A stretch of 52,116 nt of DNA, from contig LNGD01000001.1 of assembly GCA_001587675.1 (NCBI GenBank), forward strand, positions 1 through 52,116, in the 5' to 3' direction. The stretch comes from Candidatus Methanofastidiosum methylothiophilum (lineage in GTDB: Archaea > Methanobacteriota_B > Thermococci > Methanofastidiosales > Methanofastidiosaceae). Shown here piece after piece: positions 17,926 through 25,875 of this stretch. Position numbers and translations under genes: made by a program. Below the pieces are notes generated by a model. That model worked only from the letters and a program-made list of their open reading frames with translations. It made no database searches and was not told where the DNA came from. Positions within the stretch are counted from its first letter, which is position 1. Every line of letters starts with the position of its first letter.

Positions 17926-19041
17926 ATGGACTTTGTTAAGGTCACAAGTGAACTAAAAAAAGAAGTAGAAGACGAGATCAAATCCTTCTTTGAAATAGAA
18001 TTGCAATCTATTAAAAATGATATAATTTGTGATTTTTATAAAGATATAAGGCATCATACACTTCTTGGTGGAAAAAGACTTAGACCAATTATGTGTATTA
18101 TGGCTTATAGCGGTTATTCTTCTTATGACAATAGAATACTAAGAGCCTCGATAGCGTTTGAACTTCTACATTCTTCTTCGCTTATATTGGACGATGCGAT
18201 GGATGAGGACGTTATCAGACACGGAGAGAAAACTTTCAATGCGATATATGCTGATAAATTTCTTAAGTCGGCCAGGTTTGATCTTACCCCTTACTCAGAC
18301 GGAGGTAATTGGATAAAAAAAGATGGTCTTTCACGACTTCTTCTTATTCAAAGATCCATTTCAAGGTATTCTTATGCATTATCTGTTCTTGGTTCAAATA
18401 TAATGTATGCATTAAGTGAAAAGGCAATAAGGTCTAGTGGGTTTAATGAAAGTCTAATTTCAAAAGCGTTGGATATGCACAGAGAAATGTACACTAAATT
18501 AAATGAAGGCCAGCTTTTAGATATCCTTATGGAACAAAAAGGGGGTAACGAAGAAAAGTATTTTGAAATGATAGATAATAAAACAGGTATTCTTTTCAAA
18601 TATCCTTTAAGAATTGGGCTTTTATTTACAGATAAAGTCGATATTAATTCTTTAGATAGGTACTCTCAATATCTTTCAAGAGCTTTTCAGGTTCATGATG
18701 ATATACTTGGTATTTTTGGAGAAGAGAATACTACTGGAAAACCTGTCGATAGTGACATTAAAGAAGGGAAGAATACCCTATTGGTCATAAAGACTTTTGA
18801 GTTGGCAGATGAAACTCAACTAAGAAAAGTAAAAGCAATCATTGGAAACAAAAATGCTTCTCCTGGGGATATTGAGGAAATTAAAGATATTATGCGTGAA
18901 TGTGGTTCACTTGACTACTGTTGTAAAAAAGAAAATGAATTTATCACAGCTGCTAAAGAATCAATTGATCCTCACATGGAAGAAAAATCTAAAAATTTTC
19001 TAACTGAACTTTGTGATTTTATTATAAAAAGAAAGTATTAG
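17926..19041 (+). CDS. trans-Polyprenyl diphosphate synthase (GGPP synthase-like, with an internal insertion)
   Basis: The first aspartate-rich motif is LILDDAMDEDVIRHG and the second is QVHDDILG. The start was moved from TTG 17908 to ATG 17926 (GGTGTA-CCA-ATG). Confidence 0.85.
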   Translation: MDFVKVTSELKKEVEDEIKSFFEIELQSIKNDIICDFYKDIRHHTLLGGKRLRPIMCIMAYSGYSSYDNRILRASIAFELLHSSSLILDDAMDEDVIRHGEKTFNAIYADKFLKSARFDLTPYSDGGNWIKKDGLSRLLLIQRSISRYSYALSVLGSNIMYALSEKAIRSSGFNESLISKALDMHREMYTKLNEGQLLDILMEQKGGNEEKYFEMIDNKTGILFKYPLRIGLLFTDKVDINSLDRYSQYLSRAFQVHDDILGIFGEENTTGKPVDSDIKEGKNTLLVIKTFELADETQLRKVKAIIGNKNASPGDIEEIKDIMRECGSLDYCCKKENEFITAAKESIDPHMEEKSKNFLTELCDFIIKRKY

Positions 19042-19045
19042 AAAA

Positions 19046-19552
19046 TTACTCAAAAACAATATCTACGTTCTCGCCCGTAATTAACAAAAGTATTTCTTTA
19101 ACACTTTTTGTTGTAATAGGAAGCTTCTTTTCAAACTCTTTTCCTAATCTTAATCTCTTTAAGATGGAACCGTCTGGCAAGTAAACAATATTTATCCCAT
19201 GAACTTTAGCTGGGTATAATAGGTCAGAAGCAACTTTTTTGATATCTTTACTTTCTTCAATTACTCTTATTTTTTTGTTTAATTTTTTGCTTAATACCCT
19301 AATTACATTGCCACCTTTACCAATAATACTCCCTATCTCTCCTGCTTCAATGAGAATAATTATAAGATTACCTACCTTAATGCTCCTCTTGAACTTTACC
19401 TCTTTAAGCCCTTTATTTTCTTGGGCAAGTCTGTAAAGCTCTTTTGCAATTTCGAGGTCAGTGTCATTAAGTTCGCCATCTTTAATTTTTTCGGTACAAC
19501 CTGGGCAGAGCATTCCAGTCTTCAAACAAATCTCACAAAAAGGTAGCTCCAA
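19046..19552 (-). CDS. Zinc-ribbon plus KH-domain RNA-binding protein (NusA-like KH)
   Basis: N-terminal CEIC...CPGC ribbon. IGKGGNVIRVLSKKL contains the KH GxxG loop. TTG start with GGGTGA upstream. Confidence 0.5.
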   Translation of the reverse strand: MELPFCEICLKTGMLCPGCTEKIKDGELNDTDLEIAKELYRLAQENKGLKEVKFKRSIKVGNLIIILIEAGEIGSIIGKGGNVIRVLSKKLNKKIRVIEESKDIKKVASDLLYPAKVHGINIVYLPDGSILKRLRLGKEFEKKLPITTKSVKEILLLITGENVDIVFE

Positions 19553-19719
19553 TTCTCTTTCACCCTCTATATTACAACTTTATTTTCCTATCTTAGCCCT
19601 TTTTAAAAAGGTTTCGGTAATTATTTTTTTAAAAATAAATGGTAAAATAAATCTTTCCCGAAACTCTTAAATAATAAATAAAAATAGAGTATTCACTATT
19701 ATTTAGAGGATGAATTTTT

Positions 19720-20736
19720 ATGAAAAAAGTAAAACTAGGCGTTGTAGGATTTGGCGTCGTTGGAAAAGGAGTATGCAAGGTAATAAGAGATAGAGCAGAA
19801 CAATACAAAAACAAATATGGCGTTGACTTTAGAATAGTATGCGTTGCAGATATGCTAAATTCTATTTATGATGAAAACGGAATTGACTTAGTTAAGTTAA
19901 TGGATCATAATCAAGAAAGATCCCTCATGATTAATTATCCTGATTCTTCCAAAGATAAAAAATGGAATGGAGAAATGGCCATAGAGAATATAGATGCAGA
20001 CATAATCATAGAAGTTACCCCAACAAACATCAAAGATGCTCAACCCGGAATGAATCATATTATGAAAGCTTTTGAAAAAGAAATGCATGTTGTAACCTCA
20101 AATAAAGGTCCCTTAGCACTTCATTATGACAAGGTAATAAAGGCAAAGGAAAAAAGCGGTAAAGATTTTAGATATGAAGCAACTGTTGGGGGGACAATGC
20201 CTGTAATTAATCTTGCACAAGAAGCATTAAAAGGAAATGAGATTATCTCTGTAAAAGGTATTTTAAACGGTACAACAAATTATATACTTTCGAACATGGC
20301 GTTTGAAGGAAAAAAATTTGGCGAAGCACTAAAGGAAGCACAGGAGAAAGGCTATGCGGAAGCAAATCCTGCCCAAGACATTGAAGGCTGGGATGCAGCA
20401 TGCAAAGCTACCATTCTTTCAAATACATTAATGAATAAATCAATGACCTTGAAAGATGTAAAAGTTCAAGGAATATCTGGAGTAATGATGGAAGATGTCA
20501 TAGAAGCAAAAAATAATGGGAATATAATTAAATTAATCGTAGAGGTTACTGAAAAAGGTGCAAAGGTAGAACCAACAGCGGTTCCACTCAACTCCCCTCT
20601 TGCAGTCACCGGTACTTTAAATGTCGCTGTTTTTGATACAGATTTATCCAAAGATATAACTGTAATGGGCAGGGGTGCAGGCCAGATAGAAACAGCGGCT
20701 GCAATCATGAGCGATGTATTTGCAATAGTTAGATAA
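19720..20736 (+). CDS. hom: Homoserine dehydrogenase
   Basis: N-terminal GVVGFGVVGKG Rossmann motif, plus GILNGTTNYIL and EANPAQDIEGWDAACKATIL signature blocks. Confidence 0.9.
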   Translation: MKKVKLGVVGFGVVGKGVCKVIRDRAEQYKNKYGVDFRIVCVADMLNSIYDENGIDLVKLMDHNQERSLMINYPDSSKDKKWNGEMAIENIDADIIIEVTPTNIKDAQPGMNHIMKAFEKEMHVVTSNKGPLALHYDKVIKAKEKSGKDFRYEATVGGTMPVINLAQEALKGNEIISVKGILNGTTNYILSNMAFEGKKFGEALKEAQEKGYAEANPAQDIEGWDAACKATILSNTLMNKSMTLKDVKVQGISGVMMEDVIEAKNNGNIIKLIVEVTEKGAKVEPTAVPLNSPLAVTGTLNVAVFDTDLSKDITVMGRGAGQIETAAAIMSDVFAIVR

Positions 20737-20745
20737 GGTGCTCCA

Positions 20746-21498
20746 ATGAAGCTTCTAAGGTACAGCTACAACGAAAAAATTGAAAATGGGATACTTGAAA
20801 AAGATATAATAAAAAGAATTAAAGGAGATTATTTTTCTAGTTTTCAAATAACTGAAGATGAAGTTAATTTAAGCAAAGTAAAGTTGCTTTCACCAACAAC
20901 GCCTTCCAAAATTGTAGCTGTAGGTCTAAATTATGTAGATCATGCAAAGGAACTAAAAATGGAAATACCAAAAAATCCAATCATATTTATAAAGCCCGCT
21001 AGTACAGTTATTGGGCCAGAAGAACCTATAATCTACCCCGAATCTTCAACTCAAGTTGATTATGAAGTTGAACTTGGAGTAGTTATAGGAAAAAGAGCAA
21101 AGAATGTGGAAAAGGATGAAGCAGAGGAATATATATTAGGCTACACAGTATTCAATGACGTTACAGCAAGAGATCTTCAAAGAAAAGATACTCAATGGAC
21201 AAGGGCCAAATCATTTGATACATTTGCTCCGATTGGACCTTTAATCGAAACAAATCTTGATCCTTTAGACCTTCAAATATCCTTAAAATTAAACGGGGAG
21301 TTAAGACAGAATTCATCTACAAAAAACATGATATTTAATTGTTATGAGCTATTAGAATTTATATCTGAAATAATGCCTCTCGAACCTGGGGATGTCATAG
21401 CAACAGGCACCCCTCCCGGGGTAGGGCCAATGAAAAGAGGGGACGTAGTAGAAGCAAAAATAGAAGGAATTGGAACATTAAGAAATTATGTTATTTAA
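20746..21498 (+). CDS. Fumarylacetoacetate hydrolase (FAH) family protein
   Basis: VGLNYVDHAKE...DYEVELGVVIG...FNDVTARDLQ...KSFDTF.PIGP...GDVIATGTPPGVG is the canonical FAH-fold motif series. Confidence 0.85.
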   Translation: MKLLRYSYNEKIENGILEKDIIKRIKGDYFSSFQITEDEVNLSKVKLLSPTTPSKIVAVGLNYVDHAKELKMEIPKNPIIFIKPASTVIGPEEPIIYPESSTQVDYEVELGVVIGKRAKNVEKDEAEEYILGYTVFNDVTARDLQRKDTQWTRAKSFDTFAPIGPLIETNLDPLDLQISLKLNGELRQNSSTKNMIFNCYELLEFISEIMPLEPGDVIATGTPPGVGPMKRGDVVEAKIEGIGTLRNYVI

Positions 21499-21518
21499 TT
21501 TAGAATAATGGTGATATT

Positions 21519-22601
21519 ATGGAAAAAATAAATGTAGGTGTCATTGGAGCCACAGGAATGGTCGGTCAAAATTATATTAGACTATTAGACAATCACCCAT
21601 GGTTTAACGTTACATATGTTGCCGCATCACCTAAGAGTGCAGGTAAATCGTATGAAGAAGCAGTAATGGGCAAATGGCAAATGATTACAGATCCGCCAGA
21701 AAAAGTGAAAAAGCTAATAGTTGGAGATGCTAATAACGTAAGTAATGCAATAGGAAAATGTAATTTAGTTTTCTCTGCTCTTGAAATGGAAAAAGAAAAA
21801 ATAAAAGAGCTCGAAGTTGAATACGCTAAAGCAGGCATACCTGTGTTTTCTAATGCATCTGCAAATAGAAATGTTGATACAATCCCAATGTTAATTCCTG
21901 AAATAAACAGTAATCATATTGAGGTAATATCTCATCAGAAGAAAGTATATGGATTTGATAAAGGTTTCATAGTTGTAAAGCCAAATTGTTCTTTACAAAG
22001 TTATATGACACCAGTATATGCATTAATTAAAGCCGGATACGAAGTCAAAAGAATGATAATCACAACAATGCAAGCAGTATCGGGAGCTGGATACCCTGGT
22101 GTACCATCCCTTGATATGATTGATAATATTGTACCTTTCATTTCGGGAGAAGAAGAAAAATCTGAAGTGGAGCCTCAAAAAATTATGGGTAAAATAGTTA
22201 ATGGTAAAATAGTAAACGATACAAGTATTAAGATATCTGCCCATTGTAACAGGGTTCCGGTAATTGATGGACATACAGCATGTGTAAGTTTAGAATTTGG
22301 ACCAAAAAAACCTTCTTTAGACGAAATTAAAAAAATTTGGAGGGAATTCAAATCCGAACCACAAGAATTAAACTTACCTTTTGCACCAAAGCATCCAATC
22401 ATTTATAGAGAAGAAAACAATAGGCCACAGCCCAAAAAAGATAGAGATAGTGACAAAGCTATGGCAGCTACAATAGGTAGATTAAGAGAATGCAAAGTAT
22501 TTGATATCCGTTTTGTTTGCCTTTCTCATAATACAGTTAGAGGTGCAGCCGGCGGAGGAATATTAAATGCTGAGCTTCTCAAAGCCAAAGGATACCTTTG
22601 A
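21519..22601 (+). CDS. asd: Aspartate-semialdehyde dehydrogenase (archaeal type)
   Basis: GVIGATGMVGQ Rossmann motif, an active-site KPNCS block, and ...GHTACVS.... GGTGAT-ATT-ATG start. Confidence 0.9.
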   Translation: MEKINVGVIGATGMVGQNYIRLLDNHPWFNVTYVAASPKSAGKSYEEAVMGKWQMITDPPEKVKKLIVGDANNVSNAIGKCNLVFSALEMEKEKIKELEVEYAKAGIPVFSNASANRNVDTIPMLIPEINSNHIEVISHQKKVYGFDKGFIVVKPNCSLQSYMTPVYALIKAGYEVKRMIITTMQAVSGAGYPGVPSLDMIDNIVPFISGEEEKSEVEPQKIMGKIVNGKIVNDTSIKISAHCNRVPVIDGHTACVSLEFGPKKPSLDEIKKIWREFKSEPQELNLPFAPKHPIIYREENNRPQPKKDRDSDKAMAATIGRLRECKVFDIRFVCLSHNTVRGAAGGGILNAELLKAKGYL

Positions 22602-22609
22602 GGATTATC

Positions 22610-23155
22610 ATGGGAACAGAAGAAGAAATACTCAAACGCCTTAAATCGATTAAAGGCATTCTTGAAGCTAAAATATTATCCCAAGAGGATATAGAAAAAA
22701 TAAGAGAATTTGAGATCCAAGCTGAAAAAAACAAAGCAGCTGGCGGCATGATGGATTTCATAAATGAGGGGGTATGGGAAGTTTTATCTAAAAAGATAAT
22801 TTTTCTTATTTTTATTGACGAAACATTCTCAGATAGAAAACATGGCCAGAGTTTAACTTTAATGAAGGACCCATCAGGTAATGTTCTCGGTAAGCTTCTT
22901 AGAAAAGACGAATTAACAGAATATAAAAATAGAAACGATGTTTTGTTTATCGGTGAAGATTTTGTTATCTTTTCAAATGTTAAAACTCAGGGTAAGCCTT
23001 ATTTCGTTATTCCTTCTCAAAAAGTTGATGAATTAAAAGATCTAAACGGTATATCTGCAAGTTTATGTGTCCCAACTGATTTGTTTTTTAAGGAAAAATA
23101 TAACATCAAAGGTGAAAATCTAGGAACTGTTATCATTGGAATAGATGAACCCTAA
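22610..23155 (+). CDS. Hypothetical protein (no family recognised)
   Basis: 181 aa from ATG 22610 (GAGGAT SD; the track TTG 22598 overlaps the asd stop). It appears translationally linked to asd. Confidence 0.45.
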   Translation: MGTEEEILKRLKSIKGILEAKILSQEDIEKIREFEIQAEKNKAAGGMMDFINEGVWEVLSKKIIFLIFIDETFSDRKHGQSLTLMKDPSGNVLGKLLRKDELTEYKNRNDVLFIGEDFVIFSNVKTQGKPYFVIPSQKVDELKDLNGISASLCVPTDLFFKEKYNIKGENLGTVIIGIDEP

Positions 23156-23187
23156 AAGTTTAAATCTAAATATTTTATTTTCATATT

Positions 23188-23979
23188 ATGATTAAGTATT
23201 CAATGTATGTCAAGGAATCTTCTTTTTTTCATAGCCTTGACCCAAGGACAAAAATAGTAATCCTTTTCTCAATATTTGGTCTCGCACTTTTATACAAAGA
23301 CCCATTATACCTTGGTATACTTGCATTTTTAGTTCTTTTTATTATTAGATTTTTATGTAAAATTAAAATCAGGAAACTTGCTATGTATATAAAACCTATT
23401 TTACCTTTGATTATAATGTCGTTATTACTCTGGCCTTTTTTCCAACCTACAGGAAAAATATTACTAGAATTTTGGCAAATAAAAGTAAGTGAAGATGGAA
23501 TTAAAATGGGACTTGCAATGACTTTTAGAATATTTACTATAATTATTGCGACCTTTCTACTTTTAATGACTACACTCCAAAGGGATCTAGTATTAGGTTT
23601 AATGAAATTTAAAGTTCCATATGAGTATTGTTTGACGCTTGCTATATCCCTAAGATATGTACCTACTCTAGCAGGGATAACTTATACTATAATGGACGCC
23701 CAGAGGTCAAGAGGCCTTGAGCTTGACAAAGGACCTATTCTAAAAAGAATAAAGAATTATGTTCCCATAATAACTCCCTTAATTATTGGTTCCATAAGAA
23801 TGGCTGAAGAGCTTGCAATTGCTATTGAATCTAGGGGATTTGGTTATGGAGAAAGAACTTTTCTGAAAGAAATCTCCTTTAGGAAAATAGATTATTTTGT
23901 AATAATTGTTTCCATAATTATTCTAATGTTAGGAATTTATATTCGAATATTGGGATATGGAGAAATGGTTTTTAATTAG
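23188..23979 (+). CDS. ecfT: Energy-coupling-factor transporter transmembrane subunit (EcfT/CbiQ family)
   Basis: SFFHSLDPRTKI near the N-terminus, and LRYVPTL...AQRSRGLEL...AEELAIAIESRGFG coupling-helix motifs typical of EcfT. Confidence 0.75.
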   Translation: MIKYSMYVKESSFFHSLDPRTKIVILFSIFGLALLYKDPLYLGILAFLVLFIIRFLCKIKIRKLAMYIKPILPLIIMSLLLWPFFQPTGKILLEFWQIKVSEDGIKMGLAMTFRIFTIIIATFLLLMTTLQRDLVLGLMKFKVPYEYCLTLAISLRYVPTLAGITYTIMDAQRSRGLELDKGPILKRIKNYVPIITPLIIGSIRMAEELAIAIESRGFGYGERTFLKEISFRKIDYFVIIVSIIILMLGIYIRILGYGEMVFN

Positions 23980-24072
23980 TTAATGATTTTACTAGGATAA
24001 TTAAGTAATTATTTTTCAGATGAAATATTAAATTTTCAAAAGACTTTTAAAAGATTAACACCATCGAAATAT

Positions 24073-25875
24073 GTGGAATTAACAGATTCAAAAAAGATCG
24101 AGAAGATACGTGAATATCTAAAAAAGGAATATACTTATTTTGATTTAATCAATGTTTTAAAGGAAAAAGGGATTCCCTCTGAAATTCTTGATAGAGAAGA
24201 TGTAAAACTAACAGTATTATCCTCTCAGGAAATTGTTAATCAGATTCAACATGAACGTGATATTCTAAAAAATGAAATAAAAATTTTTCTAGAAGGCCGT
24301 ATAAGAAGATTGGAGCAGAGAATAAATGAACTAAATCAGCCCCCCTTCATGATTGGTATTTACATTAGAAAACTTGAATCTGAGGGGATGCATGAAATAT
24401 TTGATTATGTCGGATACAGAATTATTGCTTACATGATTGATGACATTGATATCAAAAAGGGAGATAAAGTAAGATACAAGTTTATTGAAGCTAAAGAAGG
24501 AGGAAAATTTGTAATACTTGAAAGACACCCTGGGATAGTTGAAACAACTTTAGGAGAGATAATTAAGATTGAAGGTAGATATGCAACAGTTAGATTTGAC
24601 ACTTATCATGAGATGATACTTGATATAGGAGAATTTATTGATTCTAATAATGCTTACCTAAAGGCAGGTGCTTCAGTAACTCTATTTGGCAATTCAAAAG
24701 ATTGGGAAATACTTGATATAAAATCTAATGTTAAGTATGGTGACGACCTTCTACTTGAAAAGAAACCTAGAGTTAAAAGAGAGGACATAGGTGGACTCGA
24801 CGAGGCTATTTTAGAAATTGACCAAGCAGTTGGCTCTGCTTTAAGCTATGATTTTATTAGAGAAAAAGTCTTGAAATTAAAAATAGATAGAACTAAAGGT
24901 ATTATGCTCTATGGTCCACCTGGTTGTGGTAAAACTTTACTTGCAAGATACGCTGCCTCTATATCTTCTAGAAATTTTATTAATGTAGATAAAGAACTCA
25001 GGAGCAAATGGTTTGGAGAAACACAACAGAATATAGAAGAGCTTTTTAGATATGCTGAAGAAAAAGCCCCATCTGTTCTATTTTTTGATGAATTTGATAG
25101 CTTAGTCCCAGAAAGGGAAAGTGGGTCTGAAGCTGCTAGATTAGAAAATCCAATAGTTAATAAATTTTTACAACTTCTAGACGGTCTTGAAGAGATGGGG
25201 GATGTAATTGTAATAATTGCTACTAATAGACCAGATATAATTGATCCAGCTATCTTAAGGCCAGGTAGAATTGATAAGCACATTAGAATAGGTAGACCAG
25301 ATACAAGAGAAGCTGGTGAAAAAATATTAAACATTTACCTAAAGATTGATCAAGTTATTCCGCATCCAAACGAAATTGAGAAATACGGTTCAATAAAAAA
25401 TTTTGTTGAAGAGATGAAAAATACAATAATAGATCAACTCTATAACAAAAATAGGATATGCAATGTTGAAAAACTAGGATTAATTAATGTATCTGTTAAG
25501 GAAATCATATCTGGGGCCATGATTAAAAATATTGTTATTAAAACAAAAAAATATTACATAAATAGGCTCGATAAATATGCAAAACTCATCGATGTAATTA
25601 ATAACATATATCACAGTCAGCTGTATGTTGATAAAACTTGCAAAGTATTGTGTGAACATATAATACATGAATGTTATGAAGTTTCAAAGGAACTAGGACA
25701 AACAGCCGAGAAAGTTATTAACGAGGCCAAAAAAGAATTTAGCACTGATATTGATGAAAAGATTGAAGAGGAGTATTTACTGAAGAAAGTTGAAGCGTAC
25801 ATCGATAGAAACGAAGGAATGCTCATAGAAGATGCAATAAAAGCAATAGATGAAGAATGCGGTGGACAAATTTAG
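24073..25875 (+). CDS. Classical-clade AAA ATPase with proteasomal-ATPase architecture, closer to ARC/Mpa than to PAN
   Basis: Coiled coil (RIRRLEQRINELNQPP), then about 145 residues before DIGGL, which is room for two OB domains. Walker A is GPPGCGKT, Walker B is VLFFDEFD, and the second region of homology is ATNRPDIIDPAILRPGRID. The Mpa-like blocks GSEAARLENPIVNKFL and SGAMIKNIVIKTKK are present. GTG start; there is no in-frame ATG before residue 93. Confidence 0.8.
   Translation: MELTDSKKIEKIREYLKKEYTYFDLINVLKEKGIPSEILDREDVKLTVLSSQEIVNQIQHERDILKNEIKIFLEGRIRRLEQRINELNQPPFMIGIYIRKLESEGMHEIFDYVGYRIIAYMIDDIDIKKGDKVRYKFIEAKEGGKFVILERHPGIVETTLGEIIKIEGRYATVRFDTYHEMILDIGEFIDSNNAYLKAGASVTLFGNSKDWEILDIKSNVKYGDDLLLEKKPRVKREDIGGLDEAILEIDQAVGSALSYDFIREKVLKLKIDRTKGIMLYGPPGCGKTLLARYAASISSRNFINVDKELRSKWFGETQQNIEELFRYAEEKAPSVLFFDEFDSLVPERESGSEAARLENPIVNKFLQLLDGLEEMGDVIVIIATNRPDIIDPAILRPGRIDKHIRIGRPDTREAGEKILNIYLKIDQVIPHPNEIEKYGSIKNFVEEMKNTIIDQLYNKNRICNVEKLGLINVSVKEIISGAMIKNIVIKTKKYYINRLDKYAKLIDVINNIYHSQLYVDKTCKVLCEHIIHECYEVSKELGQTAEKVINEAKKEFSTDIDEKIEEEYLLKKVEAYIDRNEGMLIEDAIKAIDEECGGQI

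Noticed and set aside
19461-19814. Two overlapping ORFs (19461-19670 on the plus strand, 19629-19814 on the minus strand) in and around the hom upstream region.
   Set aside because: They span the intergenic A/T tract and the ends of real genes, and they have no SD and no motifs. The region is better explained as a divergent promoter.
24071-24082. ATG TGG AAT TAA mini-ORF overlapping the GTG start of the AAA ATPase.
   Set aside because: It has only three codons and is out of frame, with no evidence of function. I mention it only because the real gene lacks an ATG start.
24909-25334. 141-aa minus-strand ORF inside the AAA ATPase gene. Similar cases are 32982-33449, 34201-34473, 11954-12295, 27993-28262 and 28365-28640.
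   Set aside because: They are antisense to genes with unambiguous family motifs and have no start context, so I treat them as shadow ORFs.
24073-25875. Annotating the AAA ATPase simply as proteasome-activating nucleotidase PAN.
   Set aside because: Its length (600 aa), the roughly 145-residue inter-domain (two OB-sized segments), SGAM in place of SGAD, the Mpa-type insertions and the absence of a C-terminal HbYX motif all argue against a standard PAN.
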